From a virus, in the UHGV virus genome UHGV-0324336: DNA of 45,108 nucleotides; one strand, written 5' to 3'. Under the pieces are notes generated by a model. It saw only the letters and a list, made by a program, of their open reading frames with translations, had not been told where the DNA came from and ran no database searches. The position numbers were made by a program, and so were the translations under genes. Below, piece by piece: positions 1 to 9,463 of the stretch (positions are counted from its first letter, which is position 1; each line of letters opens with the position of its first letter).

Positions 1-152
1 ATCATCTACATGTCACAACGTGCATCTACGCCATCAAACCACGTCAAATAATCAATTATGACGCAGGTATCGTATTAATTGATCTGCATCAACTTAACGT
101 AAAAACAACTTCAGACAATACAAATCAGCGACACTGAATACGGGGCAACCTC

Positions 153-347
153 ATGTCAACGAAGAACAGAACCTGCAGAACAACAACCCGCAACATCCGC
201 TTTCCTAACCAAATGATTGAACAAATTAACATCGCTCTTGAGCAAAAAGGGTCTGGGAATTTCTCAGCCTGGGTCATTGAAGCCTGCCGTCGGAGACTAA
301 CGTCAGAAAAGAGAGCATATACATCAATCCAAAGTGATGATGGATGA
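153..347 (+). CDS. small prophage protein, DUF3950/YlcI-like (64 aa)
   Basis: ORF track; sequence and position (distal to lysis genes, opposite strand) resemble YlcI-type small proteins of DLP12/Qin-like prophages (recalled, not searched). Confidence 0.4.
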   Translation: MSTKNRTCRTTTRNIRFPNQMIEQINIALEQKGSGNFSAWVIEACRRRLTSEKRAYTSIQSDDG

Positions 348-597
348 ACATCCCGGTTTCTTTACCTCCCCTCCCACCCCGCACAGGACTGGCGAGCGTG
401 TGGGACAAATATGTGAGTCATAAACGCCTTATCCTCAGAAATGCAGTTGGCATCCGAACAGGACGATATTGTAAATTCACCTAATTACGAGGCATTGCAG
501 TAGTTGAATTGTAGTTCTGTATTAGCCTGACAGTGACAGAATGCGATATTGACTCTGTCACAGGTGAAATAGTTTGAATGGTTAGCAGTTATGGTGA

Positions 598-804
598 TCA
601 GTCAACCACCAGGGAATAATCCTTCGAATTCTTATCGTGCTTCACCAACGCTGCCTCAATTGCCCTGAATGCTTCCAGAGACACTTGATGTTCTATACAT
701 GCAATTACAACATCCGGATAACTCATAGAAATGGTGCTAGTGAGCATAGTTTTTACACGGACCTGATCCAGGGATGAGTCATCAGTGTATTGATCTTTAT
801 GCAT
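598..804 (-). CDS. hypothetical small prophage protein (68 aa), YdfO/YnfO position
   Basis: ORF track only; synteny with Qin-like late-region small genes; no recognisable motif. Confidence 0.3.
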   Translation of the reverse strand: MHKDQYTDDSSLDQVRVKTMLTSTISMSYPDVVIACIEHQVSLEAFRAIEAALVKHDKNSKDYSLVVD

Positions 805-1099
805 TTTGTCGCTCCATGCGTTTGCTCTTCACTTGCGGCTAAAAATATAACGTCAAATCACTCAGCATGAAAGTGTGAAAGTTTCAGCGCGTTTCCCTTA
901 CATAATCTGTCGTTTGTATTCTCTCCAGGCATACCGAAAAGACTAGGTATTGTCACACAACCAATACCACCGACTATCGAGATTTATATCTATTCGGTAA
1001 TGTTTAAATATAACAAAACCCCGTAAAAACGAGGTTTATGGGTAAATTGTATTGTTGAATAGCATCTGACAAGAAATTGATGCTAATACTATAAACAGA

Positions 1100-1276
1100 C
1101 TAGATTAAATCAATCTTGATATCATAGCTTTCAAGACCAGTCATTTTTTCCCGTGCAGTAAACTGGATACTGGTAACTTCTTTCCCGGTCTTTTTCTTAA
1201 GCTCAATGATTTTTTTTGTTATATATTCAGAAATATCTGCTTCTGTTTTTGTTTTTAACTCTTCAATGTTCATCAT
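1100..1276 (-). CDS. gnsB: GnsA/GnsB-family small protein (start at internal MMNIEELK)
   Basis: Internal-start product MNIEELKTKTEADISEYITKKIIELKKKTGKEVTSIQFTAREKMTGLESYDIKIDLI closely matches recalled GnsA/GnsB (…FTAREKMTGLESYD…); Qin-like synteny next to csp. Confidence 0.65.
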   Translation of the reverse strand: MMNIEELKTKTEADISEYITKKIIELKKKTGKEVTSIQFTAREKMTGLESYDIKIDLI

Positions 1277-1445
1277 TTCCTCTTTTAGTCTGTTATGACT
1301 TTCCTGGTACACAGTAGTGTCAATTATATGGAGCAAACGTATAAAAGATAAGATGAAACATCGCAATAATCAACATACGACGGTCTAAATTTCACACAAA
1401 CAGATAAAGATGATTATCATTTATTATCAATGCATTAGAATCAAA

Positions 1446-1676
1446 TCAATTCAAGAGTCTCATTGCTGCTTCCAGAATTTCTTCTGAAGTTACATGTCGA
1501 TCCGCTGCTACATAAATGACTTTATGATCTCCGGTCAGAGATGGAAACCCTGCAGCCATTACAGTGAGGTGTGTTGTTTCGCCATTTGGATATTCACGCA
1601 TGATGGTGTTAACTCCGGTCATCACTGGCACTACCATTGCTGGTTCAGAGTTAAAAAAAACTATTATTTTTTTCAT
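1446..1676 (-). CDS. hypothetical small protein (76 aa from MKKIIVFF start), YnfN position
   Basis: ORF track 1446..1715; internal ATG at 1676 gives MKKIIVFF…; sits between gnsB-like and csp as ynfN does in Qin; no motif recognised. Confidence 0.35.
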   Translation of the reverse strand: MKKIIVFFNSEPAMVVPVMTGVNTIMREYPNGETTHLTVMAAGFPSLTGDHKVIYVAADRHVTSEEILEAAMRLLN

Positions 1677-1947
1677 AATGTTACCGTAATATGTGAGTAT
1701 CCATCGACTAGACACTAAGCAAAAAAGCTCCCGAAGGAGCCTTCATTTTCACTTTCTTAAATCTAACGACAGACGGCTAACATTTAAGTATTGTGAAATA
1801 TTATCAAATGTAATCATCATTGATTTACAAAAGATACATTTTGCCCCGAAAGGATTCCTGTCAGAAACATCAAAAGATGATGTTCTATACTGAGAACCAT
1901 GGCAACACGGGCATCTAAAGTGAATATGGTTTGTAATATTTTCTACC

Positions 1948-2163
1948 TCAAAGTGCCACAACATGAACAGCCGCGGGGCCTTTAGGTCCGTTCTCAATAC
2001 CAAATTCGACTTCCTGATTCTCAGTTAACGTTTTGAAATCGTTGCTCTGAATAGCTGAGAAATGGACAAACACATCTTTGCTACCATCTTTCGGCGTGAT
2101 GAAACCAAAACCTTTTTCAGGGTTAAACCATTTCACTAAACCAGTCATTTTGTTAGACATCAT
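1948..2163 (-). CDS. cold-shock protein, CspA family
   Basis: [38 protein letters not shown]… carries the RNP1/RNP2 motifs (KGFGFI, VFVHF) of the 70-aa CspA OB-fold family. Confidence 0.9.
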   Translation of the reverse strand: MMSNKMTGLVKWFNPEKGFGFITPKDGSKDVFVHFSAIQSNDFKTLTENQEVEFGIENGPKGPAAVHVVAL

Positions 2164-2523
2164 TATTACCTTTTGAAGAAGTTAGCCCTTGGGCAGAATG
2201 GTCCGAAAAAAAATATCAGAGAGAAAAACCAACAAGGAAATCTCAAGAGGTACAAATAATAAAATTATAACAATGACTGCTTCAGATAATTTTGTAACAA
2301 ACCAGAACACCATTAACGCATGATTAACCAACCATAGCAAGGATTACTTTTGTAAAGAAAAACACACGAATGAAACAATAGCTTTATTTATTAATAAAAC
2401 GTGTCATTCTGTCTAATGACCTTTTATCTTACCCTTAAGATTTCAAGGATTTTGACTCATGGAAGAGTCCTTTTTATTTAAATTTCACATTCAGCGCTAA
2501 AAATAATCCGATTTAATATTAAT

Positions 2524-3551
<1,028 letters not shown>

Positions 3552-3664
3552 GGATATTTATCAGGATTTATCGGCTTCAAATCCCCGGATATGTTAAATC
3601 TTACCTCACCAGTGATGGGCACTGGCGGGAGGAGGATGTCAATCTGATAAACACCGAGGCGACT

Positions 3665-3925
3665 ATGGATTACACAAATCTACCAAAACAAACTTTTGCT
3701 GATTTAATCGCACTCAGGCAAGCAGTCGTAGCTCTAATCAACTTGTTGCCGGAGAAGGAAAAGGAATTAGTTAAAGCGCTTCTTAACAGAACTGCCGCCG
3801 ATTTTTCATCATATCCACTGACAGATGACCTTGCGGACCTTCCTGAATTAATTGCAGCGTCCGCCATTAAGCTTACTGAAGAGATTTACCCTCCTCAAAA
3901 ATCTTCACAAAATTCCTGCGAGTAA
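3665..3925 (+). CDS. hypothetical 86-aa protein encoded antisense within the lysis cassette gap
   Basis: ORF track; GAGG 5 nt upstream of ATG; fills a 320-nt gap with no minus-strand ATG ORF; 3' end overlaps convergent 183-aa gene by 53 nt. Confidence 0.3.
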   Translation: MDYTNLPKQTFADLIALRQAVVALINLLPEKEKELVKALLNRTAADFSSYPLTDDLADLPELIAASAIKLTEEIYPPQKSSQNSCE

Positions 3926-4424
3926 CTTCAATGCAATAATCGTAAAACGCCGCAAACTGCTCATCGCGGCGTTTTTTTTCATCTTCAGAAGGAATCAGCA
4001 CCAACAATTTTTTATTCAGATCAGCGACGCTGCTCTCCAGTTTTTCAATGGGCGATTCAATATCATCTTTTTCTGACCGCAATGCCGTCGGTGGCGTCTT
4101 CAGAGAACCTGTAATTCTTCCCGGTAGCTTTCCTTTGTAGGTTATCCACACATTCTGCGCCTCTAAAATTACCGGGCGCTTTTCCGGCGACAGCTCATCT
4201 CCTTCACATAACCCGGCAGCAACATCCAGGAAGAACTGTCTGATGCTCCTTCTCGCTGCTGCCTCATAAAACTCCAGCGCGGCACCTTCAACACGGTCCA
4301 GCGAGATGTCCAAGCCAAAAATTTCACCGTCAAAGCGTTTTTTGTCCCGTAACGCTAAAGTTACCGTAACTTTATTCTCAAAATTGCGGATCCCTTTCAC
4401 AATCAGTTCATAGTTTTGAGTCAT
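3873..4424 (-). CDS. hypothetical 183-aa protein between holin and endolysin (YdfR position)
   Basis: ORF track; start 5 nt after holin stop; same position as ydfR between essQ and rrrQ in Qin; no motif recognised. Confidence 0.6.
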   Translation of the reverse strand: MTQNYELIVKGIRNFENKVTVTLALRDKKRFDGEIFGLDISLDRVEGAALEFYEAAARRSIRQFFLDVAAGLCEGDELSPEKRPVILEAQNVWITYKGKLPGRITGSLKTPPTALRSEKDDIESPIEKLESSVADLNKKLLVLIPSEDEKKRRDEQFAAFYDYCIEVTRRNFVKIFEEGKSLQ

Positions 4425-4428
4425 TGAA

Positions 4429-4644
4429 TTACTCTCCCCGTGCAGCCTTACGCTTGTCTTCTCTGATTTTGAAGTACAGATTTGTCAGATAAGTCAGGAA
4501 GCCCAGAACCAGACTCCCCAGTACACCAATCGCAGCCCACTGTGACGGACTGACCTGATCAAGCCACTGTAAAAACCAGTAGCCAGCACTGCCTGCGGAG
4601 GTGCCGTAGGCAATGCCCGTTGAAATTTTGTCCATGGATTTCAT
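4429..4644 (-). CDS. class II pinholin, phage 21 S-like (dual-start MKSM)
   Basis: 71 aa; MKSMDK dual-start motif and two TM segments essentially as in S21 (recalled); directly upstream of SAR endolysin. Confidence 0.9.
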   Translation of the reverse strand: MKSMDKISTGIAYGTSAGSAGYWFLQWLDQVSPSQWAAIGVLGSLVLGFLTYLTNLYFKIREDKRKAARGE

Positions 4645-4935
4645 AGCCTCACCTCCGCAAATAACGGATGGCGTAGTTTTACACTGAGAAATGAAAGGGA
4701 TTTGAAAAGAAAAAACCGCAAAAGCGGGCGAAACGATATATACAGAAAGGAAAGCACTCTATCCAACAAACCACCCACAGTTAATCGGAATAAAAGCAGA
4801 GTGCTTATGAATGATCGCCTGCCCGAAGGTTAGTATTTCTGCACAGCAATTTTGCAAAAAAAGGCGATCATTCATAACTTAAACGTCTTTCAGTCACTCC
4901 GGGATTTCCCATCATCGCAGACTGAAAGACTCTAA

Positions 4936-5011
<76 letters not shown>

Positions 5012-5013
5012 AT

Positions 5014-5090
<77 letters not shown>

Positions 5091-5091
5091 A

Positions 5092-5168
5092 CTGGACCGC
5101 CACCGGGGACTCGAACCTCGCACACTCAACTTAAAGGGTTGACGCTCTTTCCTGATGAGCTAGTGGCG
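5092..5168 (-). tRNA. tRNA-like gene with atypical anticodon loop (CCUUUAA; Lys-UUU-like but C33); possible pseudo- or non-canonical tRNA
   Basis: Manual fold: acceptor CCGCCAC/GTGGCGG, D-arm GCTC…GAGC, T-loop TTCGAGT, CCA encoded, but position 33 is C and T-stem has an A·C mismatch. Confidence 0.5.
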
Positions 5169-5169
5169 G

Positions 5170-5245
5170 CTGGTGGCCCTTGCTGGATTTGAACCAGCGA
5201 CCTGGCGATTATGAGTCGCTCGCTCTCACCACTGAGCTAAAGGGC
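5170..5245 (-). tRNA. tRNA-Ile2/Met type (anticodon CAU), ileX/ileZ-like
   Basis: Manual fold: GGCCCTTTAGCTCAGTGGTGAGAGC…CTCATAA…GGTTCAAATCC…GGGCCACCA; closely resembles recalled E. coli ileX (lysidine tRNA-Ile2). Confidence 0.75.
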
Positions 5246-5351
5246 CGGGCGCAGGATAATAACGTTACGAAATCAATGTTGCAAGCATTCAAAAATCACC
5301 CTTATCTCCTCCACCAGCGCATTCACCATGTCTATCCGAGATAAGTGGCAC

Positions 5352-5373
5352 AAAAAACCCGCTTGTGGGCGGG
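5352..5373 (-). terminator. intrinsic terminator (tR'-like) downstream of the late promoter
   Basis: Minus strand reads CCCGC-ccacaa-GCGGG followed by TTTTTT; lies ~50-70 nt downstream of the predicted late promoter. Confidence 0.55.
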
Positions 5374-5428
5374 TTTTGTTTGCTTTTGCCATCACGTACA
5401 AAATCGGCAAAATATCAGATTTGCATGA

Positions 5429-5457
5429 AATATATGCCTTTCAATCTACTTTTGCAA
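5429..5457 (-). promoter_or_regulatory. candidate late promoter (pR'-like) with probable qut region
   Basis: Minus strand -35 TTGCAA (5452-5457), 17-nt spacer, -10 TATATT (5429-5434); immediately 3' of the Q-like gene and 5' of the terminator. Confidence 0.45.
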
Positions 5458-6130
5458 CACTTTGCTTTGAAAATGCCGCCTTTTGTTTTGAACGTGTTCT
5501 CATTACAAACAATAAAGCCTCACTATCAAGTCGGTGAAAAATGTGTTTCATTGCAACCCAGTGACGAGTAAATGTTTTGGACCAGTTTTTAGTTGTCACT
5601 CCCGCCAGTAATGCCAGCTCCTGGTATTCATAACCTTCCCCACCAAAAAGTTCTGCTTTTACTGCCTGCGCCGCCAGCCAGATTAATTTTTTCAGGCGTT
5701 CCTGCGTTTTCCCTGCAATTTTTCTGGTACCGGATTGAGTATTAAATTCATTCCACGCCCACTGTGTTATCGCGATCTGATATTCCCAACAAATAATCCC
5801 GCTGTAACACCACAACAACCAGGCTTTATGATGTTCTTCAAGAGACAGAACTGCCCGTCGCCATGATGATGTCGAAAACTCAACCTGACTTACCAGAGCA
5901 ATTGATGAGCCTTTCGCCAGTGATTGTTTTCCCGGTATCGGTGGACTATCCCGCGTTATCATTCTTCCAGTCACTTCATCGCGGTACCGGATTTTTTTAC
6001 GCCTGTAACGCCCTGTATCAAACATGGCATTCTCCTGCCAGGCTTCAAGCTGACCTTTTGTTGCCCCACTCAAATCAGCGGTAGCGATAATGAGCTGCTC
6101 ACGCACAAACTGTAAATACTGGTTATTCAT
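5441..6130 (-). CDS. putative late-gene antiterminator Q-family protein (229 aa)
   Basis: Position after rusA and before the late promoter/terminator and lysis genes; ATGA overlap with rusA; family not confirmed from sequence. Confidence 0.5.
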   Translation of the reverse strand: MNNQYLQFVREQLIIATADLSGATKGQLEAWQENAMFDTGRYRRKKIRYRDEVTGRMITRDSPPIPGKQSLAKGSSIALVSQVEFSTSSWRRAVLSLEEHHKAWLLWCYSGIICWEYQIAITQWAWNEFNTQSGTRKIAGKTQERLKKLIWLAAQAVKAELFGGEGYEYQELALLAGVTTKNWSKTFTRHWVAMKHIFHRLDSEALLFVMRTRSKQKAAFSKQSVAKVD

Positions 6131-6486
6131 GCGCGCTCCAGTTCTGTGATTTTTATCCCCAGCCGACCACCAGGAACAGGCAGTCCGCGCACAATATTGA
6201 TTTCATCAAACTGCTCGTCGTCTATGAGAAGTCCGGCATGCGTCAGCGCATCCAGTGGTGCCTTCAGGATATTGTCCAGGTCGCGGCGGCGCTTATCCGG
6301 TGGCTCTGCAATAATTTTTATTGCCAGCCTTCCGGACAGGTTTAATTTCAACCGCTGCTGGCGAACAATTAGTGCCACATCACGGCGATAACGCTCACCG
6401 ACTTTTGATACAAAATATGTGTTGCCACGACGTCGCCAGTAAGTATTCACCGTCGGCGGATAAGGCAAAACAAACTCTATACGCAT
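6127..6486 (-). CDS. rusA: RusA-family Holliday-junction resolvase
   Basis: 119 aa; PDxRRRDLDN…LDAL…GxxxDD motifs match RusA (120 aa, …RRRDLDNLQKAAFDALT… as recalled). Confidence 0.85.
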   Translation of the reverse strand: MRIEFVLPYPPTVNTYWRRRGNTYFVSKVGERYRRDVALIVRQQRLKLNLSGRLAIKIIAEPPDKRRRDLDNILKAPLDALTHAGLLIDDEQFDEINIVRGLPVPGGRLGIKITELERA

Positions 6487-6498
6487 CAGTAACCTCTT

Positions 6499-7620
6499 TT
6501 ACCCGAGCACGCCGGTTGCAAAGGCGTGATCAAGAAAACGAAAAATTAAATCAACCTGGGAACCATGCTTTTCTTCGAACGCCAGCGGATCCGCATGAAG
6601 TTCGTTGTGATGTTCCCGGCACAACGGTAGCGTGAAAATATCGTGGGCCTTTGTTCCCATCCCTCCCTGACCGTGACCAATCAGGTGATGGGGATCGTCG
6701 GCTGGCTGACCACAACACGCACACGGCTGTGTCTTCACCCAGCGCGTATATTTCTCATTTACCCAACGGCGACGTTTAGGTCGCCTCATGAAAGATTCCG
6801 GAGACTCCGGATCAACGGTGATGCATACCACCGTCTTTTCCTGTGGTGGGTTCTGTTGCTGGTGGGCATGAGGCAACGGCGCAAGATTTTTTGTGCGCTG
6901 CTTCAGTATGCTGGTGGTGGTCTGCTCTCCCGGTACGATGTCGCTTTCGCGGTACAAGGAGCGGATTTTTTCCGCACGTAACCCCAGAGAACGACGTAAT
7001 ACTGCCTCCGGAAGCGCGTCCGCCACCTGATTGCAGACCGCCCACCAGGATAATTCAGCCAGCGACAATTCCCGCTCCTGCGTGCCATTCATTGCATGGC
7101 GTATGACGTCAATCATCCATGCTGACAGGTTTTGATGAGCAAGTTGCCCGAGTGATTCGGATGTCTGGTCACGCAACTGGTTGTCGCAGTGCCAGCACAA
7201 CACCATCGCGCCGGTACCGTAACAATGTATGACGATTTCACTGTGATGATAGTCACCATGAGGCCACTGGCAGGATTTGACATGACGCAACAGCCAGTCA
7301 GACAGTGCCCCAGCGCCGCCAGCAGCACGAATCACCCGCTCATCGCTGAAAAATGGCAGTAATGATTTATCCTCCGCCAGCGGCTGGCGAACGGCAGGGA
7401 CGACTCCGGACGGCAAACCGCGCATGCTTTTCGGTTCAGGCTCCACCAGCACTCGAGGGTTATGAAATACTTGCATGGATTCACGGCCCGGCCTAAGGAC
7501 CACCAGCCCGAGTTCCGGTACCAGAACAGGTCGAAGTAATATCCGCACGTTACCTCCAGATCCGTTGCTGGTATGTGCGGGATGGGCGCGGTGGGCGTTC
7601 GGAATAAGGGAGCCTGACAT
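6499..7620 (-). CDS. HNH-motif protein, DUF968/YdfU-like (start uncertain; alternative ATG at 7476)
   Basis: C-terminal CACCG…DPHHL…GG…N…CREHHNELH is a typical HNH/ββα-Me arrangement; position matches ydfU in Qin. Confidence 0.5.
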   Translation of the reverse strand: MSGSLIPNAHRAHPAHTSNGSGGNVRILLRPVLVPELGLVVLRPGRESMQVFHNPRVLVEPEPKSMRGLPSGVVPAVRQPLAEDKSLLPFFSDERVIRAAGGAGALSDWLLRHVKSCQWPHGDYHHSEIVIHCYGTGAMVLCWHCDNQLRDQTSESLGQLAHQNLSAWMIDVIRHAMNGTQERELSLAELSWWAVCNQVADALPEAVLRRSLGLRAEKIRSLYRESDIVPGEQTTTSILKQRTKNLAPLPHAHQQQNPPQEKTVVCITVDPESPESFMRRPKRRRWVNEKYTRWVKTQPCACCGQPADDPHHLIGHGQGGMGTKAHDIFTLPLCREHHNELHADPLAFEEKHGSQVDLIFRFLDHAFATGVLG

Positions 7621-7828
7621 AGATTATCCAGTGACGATAATCGAGGCTGAGGGCTTTCTTAATCTCGTATCCGCGTCTGCGATAGTTATGAATTAGCCAT
7701 TCGGCCTGTTCTTCAGTACATGGGTCATGCTGGAACCAGTCAGATTTGAAAGTGCGGGAACGCCGCCCGTGCCTGCTGGCAAAGACGGCAGAATCATCAG
7801 AATTGTGTAATTTGGTATCGTGCGCCAT
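7550..7828 (-). CDS. hypothetical protein (92 aa from MAHDTK start), rem position
   Basis: ORF track 7550..7909; the upstream part of that ORF overlaps a strong terminator, so the ATG at 7828 is preferred. Confidence 0.3.
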   Translation of the reverse strand: MAHDTKLHNSDDSAVFASRHGRRSRTFKSDWFQHDPCTEEQAEWLIHNYRRRGYEIKKALSLDYRHWIIYVRLPYSERPPRPSRTYQQRIWR

Positions 7829-7898
7829 CGGTTGTCTCTGCTGGCGCAGCAGGTGCCAGTTGTTCAGGCTGGCGTGCGAATTGTAAACCAGAATGCCA

Positions 7899-7926
7899 GG
7901 AAAAAACAAAACCCGCCGAAGCGGGT
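7899..7926 (-). terminator. intrinsic terminator downstream of lipoprotein moron
   Basis: Minus strand ACCCGC-ttcg-GCGGGT followed by TTTGTTTTTT. Confidence 0.6.
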
Positions 7927-8124
7927 ATGCTAAAACAAACTGAAAGTAATATACCGGACTTGTAAAGGAACGATAGAATAATTATTGGATTAAACCCTGA
8001 CTCAATCCAGATTTCATAGGCAACAACTACGGACTAATCATCACAGTCATGTTTGATAGACTTAGTCCACATTGGGTGAGGGTTTACGGCGTTTTCACTA
8101 ATAATTTATCGTCCAAGCTATACA

Positions 8125-8517
8125 CTACTGCCCTGTTTTAACGAAGTTTTTAAAGGAAACAACTGCCTGATAGGGGTTTGGTTGACAGCCAAACATATTA
8201 TCGCAAAAAGGCTTGATGAAAATTCTTGAGGATCCATCTTCATTTGGCATTTTACTCACTTGATAAGCGAGGAATGGACTATTTGGAGAGGGATTATAAG
8301 TGGAAATTAGCGTGTCTGTCGCCGTTTGAATTTTCCATGAGGAATTATTAGCCAACCAGAATTGCGCTCGTTTCCAATAAAAGTCACATTGCTTTTCATC
8401 ATTACATGTTAGTGGCTTCATTGCTTCTGCTTTCAACGCTGGATCGACCTTTGCTGCACACCCTCCCAACATTACTGTTGCAATCATTACACCTGCGACT
8501 AAAACAAGTTTCTTCAT
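8125..8517 (-). CDS. secreted lipoprotein (moron), function unknown
   Basis: Signal peptide MKKLVLVAGVMIATVMLGGC with lipobox LGGC; several Cys in mature part; flanked by terminators. Confidence 0.7.
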   Translation of the reverse strand: MKKLVLVAGVMIATVMLGGCAAKVDPALKAEAMKPLTCNDEKQCDFYWKRAQFWLANNSSWKIQTATDTLISTYNPSPNSPFLAYQVSKMPNEDGSSRIFIKPFCDNMFGCQPNPYQAVVSFKNFVKTGQ

Positions 8518-8570
8518 CTCCCTGCCCCATCAATAAAAGTTCGGTTCTCTAATAACTAGAGTTAATCAAC

Positions 8571-8592
8571 GGAAAAAACGCCGAAGCGGGTT
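8571..8592 (-). terminator. weak intrinsic terminator 3' of hok
   Basis: Minus strand CCCGC-ttcg-GCG followed by TTTTTT; short stem. Confidence 0.35.
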
Positions 8593-8660
8593 AAGTGCGG
8601 GTGCGTTGAGGATGCCTGACACATCAGAGGTGGCGAGGGATTTCTCCCCCGCCAGGTCTC

Positions 8661-8816
8661 TTACTCCTCAGGTTCGTAAGCTGTGAAGACAGCGACCTCC
8701 GTCTGGCCGGTTCGGATTCGTACCTCGCAGAGGTCTTTCCTCGTTACCAGTGCCGTCACAATGACGGTTAAACAGATGACGATCAGGGCGATTAACATCG
8801 CCTTTTGCTGCTTCAT
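8661..8816 (-). CDS. hok: Hok/Gef-family type I toxin (51 aa)
   Basis: MKQQKAMLIALIVICLTVIVTALVTRKDLCEVRIRTGQTEVAVFTAYEPEE matches the Hok consensus (…CLTLL…LTRKSLCEIR…REVAAFMAYE); in-frame upstream extension in the ORF track may be mok-like. Confidence 0.8.
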   Translation of the reverse strand: MKQQKAMLIALIVICLTVIVTALVTRKDLCEVRIRTGQTEVAVFTAYEPEE

Positions 8817-9463
8817 AGCCTGCTTCTCCTTGCCTTTCGGCACGTAAGAGGCTAACCTAGATTTGCCGTTCATAGATTGAGCCTCAGATTAATGTTAAGC
8901 GTCTTGCAGGACGCGTAATGTTAACTGGGGCTTTTCTCTATCTGCCTTTGGTGTTCATGCCTGAGGCAGATAGCCTCAAGCACCCGCAGCAATTCTACTT
9001 AACTCACGTCACCTCGCCAATATAAAATCAATCAGAAAGGCGATCCATAAGAACAACAGCAAGGCAATAAATTGCCATTACAGCAGCAATAGCCAGCGCA
9101 CATTTGAGAACCAGCACCACAACCTCCTGTATTGGACGTACACCAGTCCTGATAAATATGAGGCTGTCTCGTCAGTGATTCAATACAACTATTGGGTATA
9201 GTTTCTGTGATTTTGTTCTGTAGAAATGGAACACAACAACCAGTCACCACCAGCACTTCTTTAAATACGCCAAGTCCGACGCAAGCTAACTTTCTAGTCC
9301 GCTTTGAGCGAGAAGAGGAAGTTCATAATTATTACCAGTACAGCGTATTACTAATTATTTTTACACTGAAAGCATTGAGGTGAGAAGGGGGTTTTTATGC
9401 TTGATTTAATTATAAAATTGCAGGAAAGTGACCTTGTATCAGCTGATGATGAGTGGGTAAAAA

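Noticed and set aside
4645-4935. Possible toxin (stx-like) or other cargo gene between tRNAs and holin
   Set aside because: No ORF of meaningful length; region holds only inverted repeats (16-bp perfect arms at 4805-4820 / 4862-4877), likely RNA structure or terminator.
6812-7106. Short overlapping ORFs on both strands
   Set aside because: All lie within the HNH/DUF968 gene in alternative frames; no independent support.
9032-9256. 74-aa Cys-rich minus-strand ORF near hok
   Set aside because: Composition (CCC, GGCG runs) looks like random translation of a non-coding regulatory region; no RBS.
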